A DNA stretch of 60,081 bases. Source: Candidatus Collierbacteria bacterium RIFCSPLOWO2_01_FULL_50_23 (GTDB lineage Bacteria > Patescibacteriota > Microgenomatia > UBA1400 > MFAQ01). The DNA lies in NCBI GenBank assembly GCA_001774555.1, contig MFAI01000018.1, forward strand, positions 873 through 60,953, given 5' to 3'. Position numbers and translations under genes: made by a program. Position 1 is the first letter of the stretch, and each line of letters begins with the position of its first letter. Below are positions 35,999 through 45,672 of the stretch, piece after piece. The notes beneath the pieces were generated by a model. That model did not search any database. It worked only from the letters and a program-made list of their open reading frames with translations, and was not told the DNA's origin.

Positions 35999-36580
35999 AT
36001 GAAAAAATTCATCCTTTCCATTTCTGCCCTTGCCCTAGCCCTCGTCAGCCCGGTTTTTGCAGAGAACACCACCTCAGGAGCCACTGATCGTCAAATGAAG
36101 CGAGATGAGATCAGAGCTGACTTTCGTGCTAAGCTCGCCACTCTTCGCGATCAAAAGAAGAAAGCCATCCTCGAACGGCTGGATACCCGCATGAAAGAGC
36201 TTAACGCCAACCGTACCGCCACCATGCTTCGCCACCTTACCAAGATCGAGGAAACACTAAACAAAATCGAAACCCGCACCAACACCGTCGCCGCCCCCGG
36301 CAAAGACGTTGCCGTAGTTCGCGCGGCCATCACCAAAGCCCGCGACGCCATTGCCGCCGCCCGCACAGCGGTGAACGCTCAAGCCGCCAAAACCTACACC
36401 ATTGAGATCACCACCGAAGCCAACTTGGGTTCAGCAGCTTCCACGGTCCGCACCCAGCTGGCGAAGGACCTCCAGGCGGCTCATCAGATGGTCGTTACCG
36501 CCAGGAAAGCGGTCCGCGATGTTCTCGTTGCTCTTGGCAAGGTCGTCGGCGAAAAGTTAACAAATACCGTTGAAAAATAA
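35999..36580 (+). CDS. secreted alpha-helical protein
   Basis: Signal peptide MKKFILSISALALALVSPVFA. The ORF-track version (35714) is an upstream read-through across the preceding gene. Confidence 0.6.
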   Translation: MKKFILSISALALALVSPVFAENTTSGATDRQMKRDEIRADFRAKLATLRDQKKKAILERLDTRMKELNANRTATMLRHLTKIEETLNKIETRTNTVAAPGKDVAVVRAAITKARDAIAAARTAVNAQAAKTYTIEITTEANLGSAASTVRTQLAKDLQAAHQMVVTARKAVRDVLVALGKVVGEKLTNTVEK

Positions 36581-36581
36581 C

Positions 36582-36821
36582 ATGCAGATAAGAACCGTTA
36601 CCTTATTAGCTGTTTCGGCACTCCTCCTTGGTGCTTGTAGCTACACTGGTCCCGCCGCGACTACCACTAGCTCTCAGACAACGCCCCCGGCGGCAATTAC
36701 CACCGCTCCCACTTCAGGCTCGACCAACCTCAATGACCTAAATGCCGAATTGAATGCTACCATCGATGATGGGGGACAAACCGATCTCAACCAACTCCAA
36801 AAAGACGCCTCCGGTCTCTAA
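36582..36821 (+). CDS. small lipoprotein
   Basis: MQIRTVTLLAVSALLLGAC contains a lipobox (LLGAC). ATG at 36582, immediately after the preceding stop. Confidence 0.55.
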   Translation: MQIRTVTLLAVSALLLGACSYTGPAATTTSSQTTPPAAITTAPTSGSTNLNDLNAELNATIDDGGQTDLNQLQKDASGL

Positions 36822-36869
36822 GTGGCTCAACATTGATTTTCTGGAAAATAGTTTGGTATACTTCCAGCC

Positions 36870-37496
36870 ATGGCCAAAGAGACTTTCGAGCCTAGAAACG
36901 ACTCACTCGACACACTTCTGTTTACCATTCTTGATTACCTCCATTCGCTTCCTCCTGCCGAAAGGACAGCCGTTGTTGCCGGCATTTATTGCCAGAATAC
37001 CGGAAAGTTTTTTGTAGCCACCTCTTATCAGTTTCGCCACCCCGAAACCAATAAACTCATCTGGAGTCATGCCGAAGACCAAGTTTTGAGATTTCTTCCT
37101 AATGAATTAAAGGATCACCGTGGTCAGTTAATTGATCCAGAGGCCTATTCTTTCATTAGTTCTCTCAGTCCATGTACTCGGGGTAGTAGCACCCGCGCAC
37201 ATGTCTCCTGCACAGAATTATTAACTGGTGCCGGTTTGACAAGGGAGCATACTGGGAAAATTGATAACAATGCCGCTCGGACCAGACTTTATGAAGAACT
37301 GAGGTTTGTCGTCAGCCTGACCACCGAGCCGCTCCTTTTGGCTGTGTGTGATGATCTGTACAAATTTTTCATCCCCTTCAAGAAAAAAGGTTGGACCAAA
37401 AAAAGGACTATCGAGACCGCCCTCCGCCACCTTCCGAGCCAATTCTATCTTCAGATTCCTGACCTCACTAGATTCAAAAAAGGCAATCACTCTTAA
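36870..37496 (+). CDS. hypothetical protein with cytidine-deaminase-fold zinc motifs (divergent)
   Basis: SHAEDQVL (H-A-E), then about 30 aa later FISSLSPC-x11-CTELL (PC...C). The order and spacing resemble CDA/RibD-type deaminases, but the Cys-Cys spacer is unusually long. Confidence 0.4.
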   Translation: MAKETFEPRNDSLDTLLFTILDYLHSLPPAERTAVVAGIYCQNTGKFFVATSYQFRHPETNKLIWSHAEDQVLRFLPNELKDHRGQLIDPEAYSFISSLSPCTRGSSTRAHVSCTELLTGAGLTREHTGKIDNNAARTRLYEELRFVVSLTTEPLLLAVCDDLYKFFIPFKKKGWTKKRTIETALRHLPSQFYLQIPDLTRFKKGNHS

Positions 37497-37535
37497 TCAC
37501 CAGTTTTCTTAGCCCTTTGTGGTATATTACAGCGC

Positions 37536-38675
37536 ATGCCTAAGATCGAAAGACGCGAACGCATCAAGATAAATCTTTCTCCCAGAAATTCCTTTGACTT
37601 ATCCATGACGACCAATCGCCAGAAACACGGCTTGGCTGTCGTTGAGCCTGATAATTATGGTCATGACACGACGCCCGCCGCCCAAGATTTGCTCCGGACA
37701 GTTATGATTGCCCACCTCGTCGCCCCACACTTTCCCAGAATAATTGAAACCAATTTTGGCGTTGAGTTTTCGGAGTTTCTAACCAGATTCTATGATCACT
37801 ACGGCTATCAACCACCGAAGATCAAGCGGTCAATAGAACAAGTTGGTATTTCTTACGCCAAACCGACCGAGGAAAAAAGAAATACCGTCACCACTGCCAG
37901 TGCCCACTCTGGCGGTTTGGACTCTGTCTTCCGCCTTATCCGCTTTTTGGAAAGGGGAGAAGATATCGTTGCTGTTCATTTGAGAAATCTGAATGCCAAA
38001 GGTAACTTTGCCGAAGCGGCCGCCAGTCAAGAACAATGCCGAGCCTGGGGAATACCATATGAGCTAGTCAGATTAAAAAATAGTTCCGGTAATACCGGCT
38101 TTGAGGTAATGAAGACCCGAGATCTACTTCTGGCCCTCATTGTGGCCATAAGTACTCACCCCCGTAATGTCTCCAAGATAGTTATTGAAGGCGGCATGTC
38201 TGCCGATCCCACAGGCACTCAATTTAGTGAATATACCGGGGCTTGGGAAATGTTTAATCAGCTTCTTGCGGATGCCGGACTTAGTTCGCAGGTCGAGGGA
38301 ATTGATCCTGGTGACATTGAGACTGTAGGGGAGATCCTCCGGCTTGAGAAAAAACTCGGTCTCAGCATTTTGCCTCTGGTCCAAAATTGTTTTTCTGCTC
38401 CTTTTCAGGTCGGCGGCAACCGGAAAAAATGGGACCGAGTTACCCCAATTTTATCCAAAAATAGTCCGGAACAATGGTGTGGCAGCTGTCTTAAGTGTCG
38501 CCGAATGTCTTTGGGACGGATCTACTATCGGGATGACCGCCTAAGAAAAATGCCATCAAGAGAGATAACTGCTTTTGTTGCCGATACCTATGATTGGATG
38601 CGCAAATACCCCCGCCCCGAAATGATCTCTCAGAGTTTTCTCGATCATTTACATGCTCTCCAAGATCGGGTCTAG
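37536..38675 (+). CDS. QueC/ExsB-like PP-loop ATP pyrophosphatase with ~120-aa N-terminal extension
   Basis: PP-loop SGGLDS (37908-37925) and a C-terminal CGSCLKC cluster (38478-38498), as in QueC zinc sites. Confidence 0.55.
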   Translation: MPKIERRERIKINLSPRNSFDLSMTTNRQKHGLAVVEPDNYGHDTTPAAQDLLRTVMIAHLVAPHFPRIIETNFGVEFSEFLTRFYDHYGYQPPKIKRSIEQVGISYAKPTEEKRNTVTTASAHSGGLDSVFRLIRFLERGEDIVAVHLRNLNAKGNFAEAAASQEQCRAWGIPYELVRLKNSSGNTGFEVMKTRDLLLALIVAISTHPRNVSKIVIEGGMSADPTGTQFSEYTGAWEMFNQLLADAGLSSQVEGIDPGDIETVGEILRLEKKLGLSILPLVQNCFSAPFQVGGNRKKWDRVTPILSKNSPEQWCGSCLKCRRMSLGRIYYRDDRLRKMPSREITAFVADTYDWMRKYPRPEMISQSFLDHLHALQDRV

Positions 38676-38682
38676 CGAGCAC

Positions 38683-38711
38683 TTGACAAAAAACGTTGTT
38701 CTCGGTATAAA
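38683..38711 (+). promoter_or_regulatory. groESL promoter (TTGACA-N17-TATAAA)
   Basis: ttgaca at 38683-38688 and tataaa at 38706-38711. Confidence 0.55.
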
Positions 38712-38738
38712 ATAGCACCCGAACCATTTAAGTGCTAT
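38712..38738 (+). promoter_or_regulatory. degenerate CIRCE-like inverted repeat (possible HrcA operator)
   Basis: ATAGCACCC-N9-AAGTGCTAT compared with TTAGCACTC-N9-GAGTGCTAA. The perfect inverted-repeat core is ATAGCAC/GTGCTAT. It lies between the -10 box and groES. Confidence 0.5.
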
Positions 38739-38778
38739 CATACTCGTCTAGAGTGTTAAAAATTAACAAATTGAACCT

Positions 38779-40730
<1,952 letters not shown>

Positions 40731-40873
40731 AATCAAGGGTCGGACCTCTTGGCGTCAGCATACACCACAATGTCCAACGAACTAAGAGAGGTGATAGGTA
40801 TAGTTAAGACCAGATCTATTGACAAAAAAGATTTCCCGCGAGTCAAAAATCTAAAACTCCTAAAACCACCAAA

Positions 40874-41452
40874 ATGAAACTGAACTTCAGGTTGGGGAAA
40901 ATAGTCGATTACGCGCATAAAAAGGTAGACGTCTCTGTGGCAACCAGTAAATTTTTCAGCAAAAAATCTGCAAATAAACTACTAGAAAACAGCGTGGTCA
41001 GCGCCCTGTTCAACGAATGGTTGATTTTTGACTATCGAAATAAACTCGGGACAAGTATTATTGCCGAGTATTATCTAAAAAATCCGGACAGCCTTACCAA
41101 GGATCAACTAAAGCAGCTTGAACAGGTCGTTAAGACAGAAAGATATGAAGTCATGGAAGTTATAAGCATCACCCGAGACAAAGGGTTGTCCATCCGCATA
41201 GTCAGAACCGGTGAAATTCTATTTGTCGATGACTTGGCTGGTTCGCGTTCCGCGACGGTTCCAAGCCTCTTTTTCAATCGATTGGCAAAAACAGATGGCA
41301 AGTGGATATTCGTTGGCTGTGACAACGTCTCGTTTCCGACTAGGCTATCCGAAACAGCCAGAAAACATTTCGCCAAAATCCTAAACAAGGAAAAAAACAC
41401 TCCCAAGTTAGTTCTAGACGTTTTTGGCGATAGGTTTGTAAACAATGACTAG
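40874..41452 (+). CDS. hypothetical protein
   Basis: 192 aa with no SD. Lower-GC sequence. Overlaps the next gene by 8 nt. Confidence 0.5.
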   Translation: MKLNFRLGKIVDYAHKKVDVSVATSKFFSKKSANKLLENSVVSALFNEWLIFDYRNKLGTSIIAEYYLKNPDSLTKDQLKQLEQVVKTERYEVMEVISITRDKGLSIRIVRTGEILFVDDLAGSRSATVPSLFFNRLAKTDGKWIFVGCDNVSFPTRLSETARKHFAKILNKEKNTPKLVLDVFGDRFVNND

Positions 41453-42023
41453 TCAACCATTCTCCAAAGACCCAATTCTAAGCTCCTTGATCGAAAAACA
41501 TCAGCTCAAAGAATACTGGGGTGGCCAGAACAGTCTTTTTCTCAACCTGGTCGAGATCATCACCGGCCAGCAATTATCGATGAAGGTTGCTGATACCATT
41601 TTCAAGCGCTTCCTAGCCTTGTTTCCGGCCAAACCGGAGCCTGCCGACGTCCTGGAAGTTCCGGTTGAGAAGCTCCGCTCGGTCGGCCTCTCAAGCTCAA
41701 AAGCCAATTGCGTCAGAAATATAGCCCAGGCCGCCTCCACCGGCGCACTTCTCCTCGACCGATTTGAGAAATTTACGGACGAGGAAATAAAAAAAGAATT
41801 GATAAAAATAAAAGGCATCGGTCCTTGGTCCGCCGAAATGTTTCTGATGTTTTCCCTGAAACGCCCCGATGTTTTCTCGGTAGGGGACCTTGGTCTCCGG
41901 ACGGCGATCGAGAAGCTCTATGGCATCAAACGGGACAATCTCAAGAAAATCGAGGTCTTAAGCCAAAACTGGCGCCCCCACCGCACTCTTGCCAGCCGGC
42001 TCCTTTGGGCCAGTTTGGAGTAA
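41445..42023 (+). CDS. HhH-GPD DNA glycosylase (AlkA-like 3-methyladenine glycosylase II)
   Basis: IKGIGPWSAEMFLMFSLKRPDVFSVGDLGLRTAIEKLYG contains the HhH motif and the catalytic Asp region. Confidence 0.75.
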   Translation: MTSQPFSKDPILSSLIEKHQLKEYWGGQNSLFLNLVEIITGQQLSMKVADTIFKRFLALFPAKPEPADVLEVPVEKLRSVGLSSSKANCVRNIAQAASTGALLLDRFEKFTDEEIKKELIKIKGIGPWSAEMFLMFSLKRPDVFSVGDLGLRTAIEKLYGIKRDNLKKIEVLSQNWRPHRTLASRLLWASLE

Positions 42024-42033
42024 AATACAAGCC

Positions 42034-42735
42034 GTGAATACAAAAGAAGCCTTAAACCATAGCCTCGTTGCCTACGCCAGGAAGAATTTGTGGGGGAGCG
42101 GGATAACCACAGTACCTGAAGGATTCGAAGATGATCTCGCCCTTCTTCCGGGAGATGATCGTCAACTTGTCCACGTTCTTTTCGCCGCCGCTGCCACCTC
42201 TTGCCCCGTACCCGTCAGACTTGTCAAGGATCCTAAATATGGCCCAGACTACTTGGATGCTCGTTATACCGGTGTCAGCTTTTGGTTTCGCTATCTCAAG
42301 AAAGGGGTGCTCAAAAACACTTCATTTGGCGAGCCTGTTGACCTGACCGATTTGGGCGGCCGTGGGCCGGCACACGACGAGGGTTGGATTCCGGCAGGAC
42401 GAGAGTCTTGTCTCATCGGCCCCTCCACATACGAGAGCCACGTGCTTTCTCGCCAGATCATCGACATCATCAAGTTTTCAAAGAAATACGAACTCGATGT
42501 GGCCAAAGAAATGACCACCGCCCTCGATCTCATCGACGCCACTCCAAACGAACCGATTAGAGCCATTGCTTCCCTGGCTGTTTACATGCACGGACTTGGT
42601 TTTGGGCGGGCACACCTTCAGGATCGTCTTTTTGATGCCGGCTACCGCGACGAGACGCCGGAAAGATATTGGCGCCCGATTCTTGAGTATCTGAATATCC
42701 TCCTTCCGGATAGTCTGAAGTACAAATATGATTGA
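42034..42735 (+). CDS. hypothetical protein
   Basis: The GTG at 42034 is preferred, since the ORF-track ATG at 41989 overlaps the glycosylase. Overlaps the next gene by 8 nt. No family recognised. Confidence 0.5.
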   Translation: MNTKEALNHSLVAYARKNLWGSGITTVPEGFEDDLALLPGDDRQLVHVLFAAAATSCPVPVRLVKDPKYGPDYLDARYTGVSFWFRYLKKGVLKNTSFGEPVDLTDLGGRGPAHDEGWIPAGRESCLIGPSTYESHVLSRQIIDIIKFSKKYELDVAKEMTTALDLIDATPNEPIRAIASLAVYMHGLGFGRAHLQDRLFDAGYRDETPERYWRPILEYLNILLPDSLKYKYD

Positions 42736-43165
42736 CCTCCACCAAGTCCTCAAGGAAAAGAACGACCTCCTCGATCGCCGGCTGGCAGAGGCGAAATTCA
42801 CCCGCGACCACGCCGCTACTCCCACCGAAAGTCATTCGGACAAGACTCGCCAGAACGCCGAGCAACTTATGGACTCCCTAGGTGATGCTAAGAAGAAACT
42901 CCATCTCCTGGAAATCGAAGTCAACCGGACGCCTCCCCTTAATTCTCTTGCCACCGTCAACACCCTGGTCACCCTCCGCACTCCCCTGGGAACCAAGAAT
43001 TTTCTCCTCGTCCCCGAGGGCCTTGGTGGGCAAACTATCAATGATATTTTTCTGCTTTCCGTTGCCTCCCCGCTAGCCAAACTTTTCCTGGGTCAAAAAG
43101 TTGGATATATCTTCACTTTCAGCGGGGGAGCGCATCAAATCGTCTATTTGAACCAGAACGTCTAG
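42728..43165 (+). CDS. divergent GreA/GreB-family transcript cleavage factor-like protein
   Basis: N-terminal coiled coil with a tip segment TESHSDKTRQNAEQL (compare EHGDLSENAEY). The C-terminal LLSVASPLAKLFLGQKVGYIFTF matches the Gre C-domain pattern iS..SPlg.allGk.vGd. Confidence 0.55.
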   Translation: MIDLHQVLKEKNDLLDRRLAEAKFTRDHAATPTESHSDKTRQNAEQLMDSLGDAKKKLHLLEIEVNRTPPLNSLATVNTLVTLRTPLGTKNFLLVPEGLGGQTINDIFLLSVASPLAKLFLGQKVGYIFTFSGGAHQIVYLNQNV

Positions 43166-43713
43166 CCAGCTTTCTTTGCGACCAGAACTGTATAGCCCTT
43201 CGCCCTTTCGTGATATCTTTTCAACTTCGTTATCAAGACATCGTCTTCTTCCAACTCCGATAGACCTTTAAAGTCAACTGAAACCGAAAAATCGTCTTCA
43301 TCCGGAATCACCAGTTCCGAGTGTCCAGATTTAGAAAACAAATTTCCGATAGCTCTGATCAAAGTGTGATTTGTATGCGCGGTTACCAGACCGATCTCAC
43401 CCCCCTTTTTCTTGAATTCTTCCAATTCCTTACTCTGTGATTTTAACCACCTATAAATTTCATAAAGCGAGAAGCCGAGTATCGTCATATGCTTAGGTAA
43501 GCCAGAAAGGCTCTCTCCGAAGTTATGCTCTGGAACAAAATCAAGAAGGTCTGCCTTGTTTCCCTTGGCATCCCTGATCAAGCGGAAATCGAAACCGGTA
43601 TTTCCAACTTTCACTTTTGTCACAACACCCTCAACCAAGATCTCGATAGTGCCATCTATAGGGGTGGGTTCGAACACTTCCCCTGTTTCCTTAACCGTAA
43701 ATTCTTGGGCCAC
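43162..43713 (-). CDS. hypothetical protein
   Basis: 183 aa with a GTG start. Convergent with the Gre-like gene, sharing a 4-nt CTAG stop overlap. Confidence 0.45.
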   Translation of the reverse strand: MAQEFTVKETGEVFEPTPIDGTIEILVEGVVTKVKVGNTGFDFRLIRDAKGNKADLLDFVPEHNFGESLSGLPKHMTILGFSLYEIYRWLKSQSKELEEFKKKGGEIGLVTAHTNHTLIRAIGNLFSKSGHSELVIPDEDDFSVSVDFKGLSELEEDDVLITKLKRYHERAKGYTVLVAKKAG

Positions 43714-43733
43714 AGTTAATTATAACAACTAAT

Positions 43734-43762
43734 ATATCCACAAAAAAGGTCAGTTATCCACA
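43734..43762. promoter_or_regulatory. two DnaA-box sequences (one perfect) overlapping the putative promoter of the 43713 gene
   Basis: atatccaca (43734-43742, 8/9) and ttatccaca (43754-43762, 9/9). On the minus strand a TATAAT lies at plus 43719-43724. Confidence 0.45.
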
Positions 43763-43822
43763 CAGGATAAAGAATTGATGAACCAGCATTAATCGCCTGG
43801 GAATTGTCGATAAAGTTCTCGG

Positions 43823-44416
43823 TTAACGCAGGTGGGCGAGAGGGTTTCTTGAAACGCCATTTTTTCTGATCTCCAGGTGAAGGTGCGGCCCGGACGTGTA
43901 TCCGGTCATCCCCACCTCTCCCAGTTCGGTCTTTTCGGTCACCCCATCTCCTTCTTGCACGAACAGCTTACCCATGTGGGCATAGAGGGAAGTTAAGCCA
44001 TCCCCGTGATCGATAGTTATGCTCCGGCCATAGTTGAAACGGGAAATTGAGATCGCGACCACTCGACCGGCTTTTATTGGGTGGATCGCCGAACCCCGAG
44101 GGGCGGTGATATCCAATCCCGGATGTTCCGACCAATAGCGTTGAGAAATTCCGGTCATGGCCGGGAGGATAACGATTGGGCCGGTCGCGGCCGTTTCTAC
44201 GGTTAGGGGCAAGCTGGTTGGCTCCAAAGCCGAAACCGGCCTCTGTTTGGCTAAGGGATAAACTCCCAAAGCCAGGATTAGGCTGGACGCGGAAAGGAAA
44301 CCACCAAAGGCGACCTTGGCCTTTCTGGCTTCAAAAAACGGGCGTAATAGTTTGGAAATAGGGTTGCTGCTTACCCTAGTTCTGGGCAGCCATTTTTTTA
44401 TATCAATCATATCCAC
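43823..44416 (-). CDS. M23-family peptidase (membrane anchored)
   Basis: HPGLDITAPRGSAIHPIKAGRV and GYTSGPHLHLEIRKNG. Confidence 0.8.
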   Translation of the reverse strand: MDMIDIKKWLPRTRVSSNPISKLLRPFFEARKAKVAFGGFLSASSLILALGVYPLAKQRPVSALEPTSLPLTVETAATGPIVILPAMTGISQRYWSEHPGLDITAPRGSAIHPIKAGRVVAISISRFNYGRSITIDHGDGLTSLYAHMGKLFVQEGDGVTEKTELGEVGMTGYTSGPHLHLEIRKNGVSRNPLAHLR

Positions 44417-44554
44417 GGGTAAACCCGTGAGATTGTTTTTCTAGGCTGCCTCTTTCAGAAAGATACCGGCTACGGTGAGCTCTCTTATGAAAGGTTCGCC
44501 TAATAAAAAAGCCTGCAGGTTAATCTTTTGGGATTAGCTTTACAGACCGCGCAA

Positions 44555-44583
44555 ATCATACCAAATTACCCTATAAAAGTCAA
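44555..44583 (-). promoter_or_regulatory. strong sigma70-type promoter (TTGACT-N17 with TG-TATGAT) driving a ~130-nt leader of the M23 peptidase gene
   Basis: Minus strand: ttgact (plus 44578-44583), a 17-nt spacer ending tgg, then tatgat (plus 44555-44560). Confidence 0.55.
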
Positions 44584-44625
44584 GTTTGGACGCCCTCCCT
44601 GCGCCTGGCGTGCTATTATCAATTT

Positions 44626-45672
44626 GTGCTCAACCCTGACATTCTAAGAGGCAAAAACGTCCTCCTTCGTGCCGATCTGGACGTGCCTTTGGAGCAGGGG
44701 AAGGTGGTCAATGATTTCCGTCTCCGGGCTCTCCTGCCCACGCTCAGGCTGTGCCTCACCAACGCCCAAAGTACCCTTATCACCGGCCACCTTGGTCGTC
44801 CCGAGGCCAAATCGGAGGAATTTGGCCTCAAACCGGTACGAGAGTGGCTGGAAAAAGCGCTACATCGCTCTATTTACTTTATTGATTCGGGTTTTTCTCC
44901 AGGGGAGTGGGCAAGGGGAGAGTTCCCCCTAGCCATGCTCGACAACTTGCGCTTCGATCCGGGTGAGTTAAACAATAGTAGGGAATTCGCAAGGGAGTTA
45001 ACTCAAGGCAGCGATATTTATGTTTATGAGGCTTTTGCCAGTTACAACAGTGCCGCCAGCCTCCGAATAATACCCGAAATTATCCCCACCTATACCGGAC
45101 TTCAGTTCGACCGAGAGGTGGAGGAGTTGGAAAAAATCGTGAAAAGTCCTGTCGCACCAAGCCTTTTAGTCCTCTCCGGTGCCAAAGAGGACAAGGGAGA
45201 GTATGTGGATAACCTTGTGGATAAGTTTGACGAGATCTTGGTTGGAGGCAAACTAGCCAGCCACATTCAGCCTCAAACAAACGTCCTTCCCGCCAGCCTC
45301 ACCCCCGATGGTCTGGATATTGACGACGCCTCTGCCCGCCTTTTTTCCGAGAAAATTAAGGCTGCTAAGTCAGTAGTCATTAGCGGACCTTTGGGTAGGT
45401 TCGAGGATGGAATTCACATTGTGGGAACCAAAGCTATTTTTTCTGCAGCCGTCCACTCCCCTGCCCGCAATGCTTCGCATAGCGATGCAGGCGGGCCTGC
45501 CCGGGTCATCATCGGCGGCGGCGACACCCTGGCTGCCATTCCCGCCCTCGGCTTTGCCTACTCTGATTTTGATTTTGTCAGTACCGGGGGTGGCGCCATG
45601 CTTGAGTTCTTGGCTACGGGCACCCACCCCCTCCTTACCATTATCAGGAATCAAACCCATGCCGGTTCTTGA
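44626..45672 (+). CDS. pgk: phosphoglycerate kinase (short form)
   Basis: GTG start. GKNVLLRADLDVP...IIGGGDTLAA...STGGGAMLEFL. Confidence 0.85.
   Translation: MLNPDILRGKNVLLRADLDVPLEQGKVVNDFRLRALLPTLRLCLTNAQSTLITGHLGRPEAKSEEFGLKPVREWLEKALHRSIYFIDSGFSPGEWARGEFPLAMLDNLRFDPGELNNSREFARELTQGSDIYVYEAFASYNSAASLRIIPEIIPTYTGLQFDREVEELEKIVKSPVAPSLLVLSGAKEDKGEYVDNLVDKFDEILVGGKLASHIQPQTNVLPASLTPDGLDIDDASARLFSEKIKAAKSVVISGPLGRFEDGIHIVGTKAIFSAAVHSPARNASHSDAGGPARVIIGGGDTLAAIPALGFAYSDFDFVSTGGGAMLEFLATGTHPLLTIIRNQTHAGS
45460..45495 (+). repeat. palindromic repeat element, copy C (in frame inside pgk)
   Basis: cctgcccgca-atgcttcgcatagcga-tgcaggcggg, translated as PARNASHSDAGG. A second cctgcccg follows immediately at 45496-45503. 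Confidence 0.75.

Noticed and set aside
40819-40850. TTGACAAAAAAG as a promoter for the 40874 gene
   Set aside because: There is no acceptable -10 hexamer at 16-19 nt spacing. It is mentioned only as a recurring -35 context.
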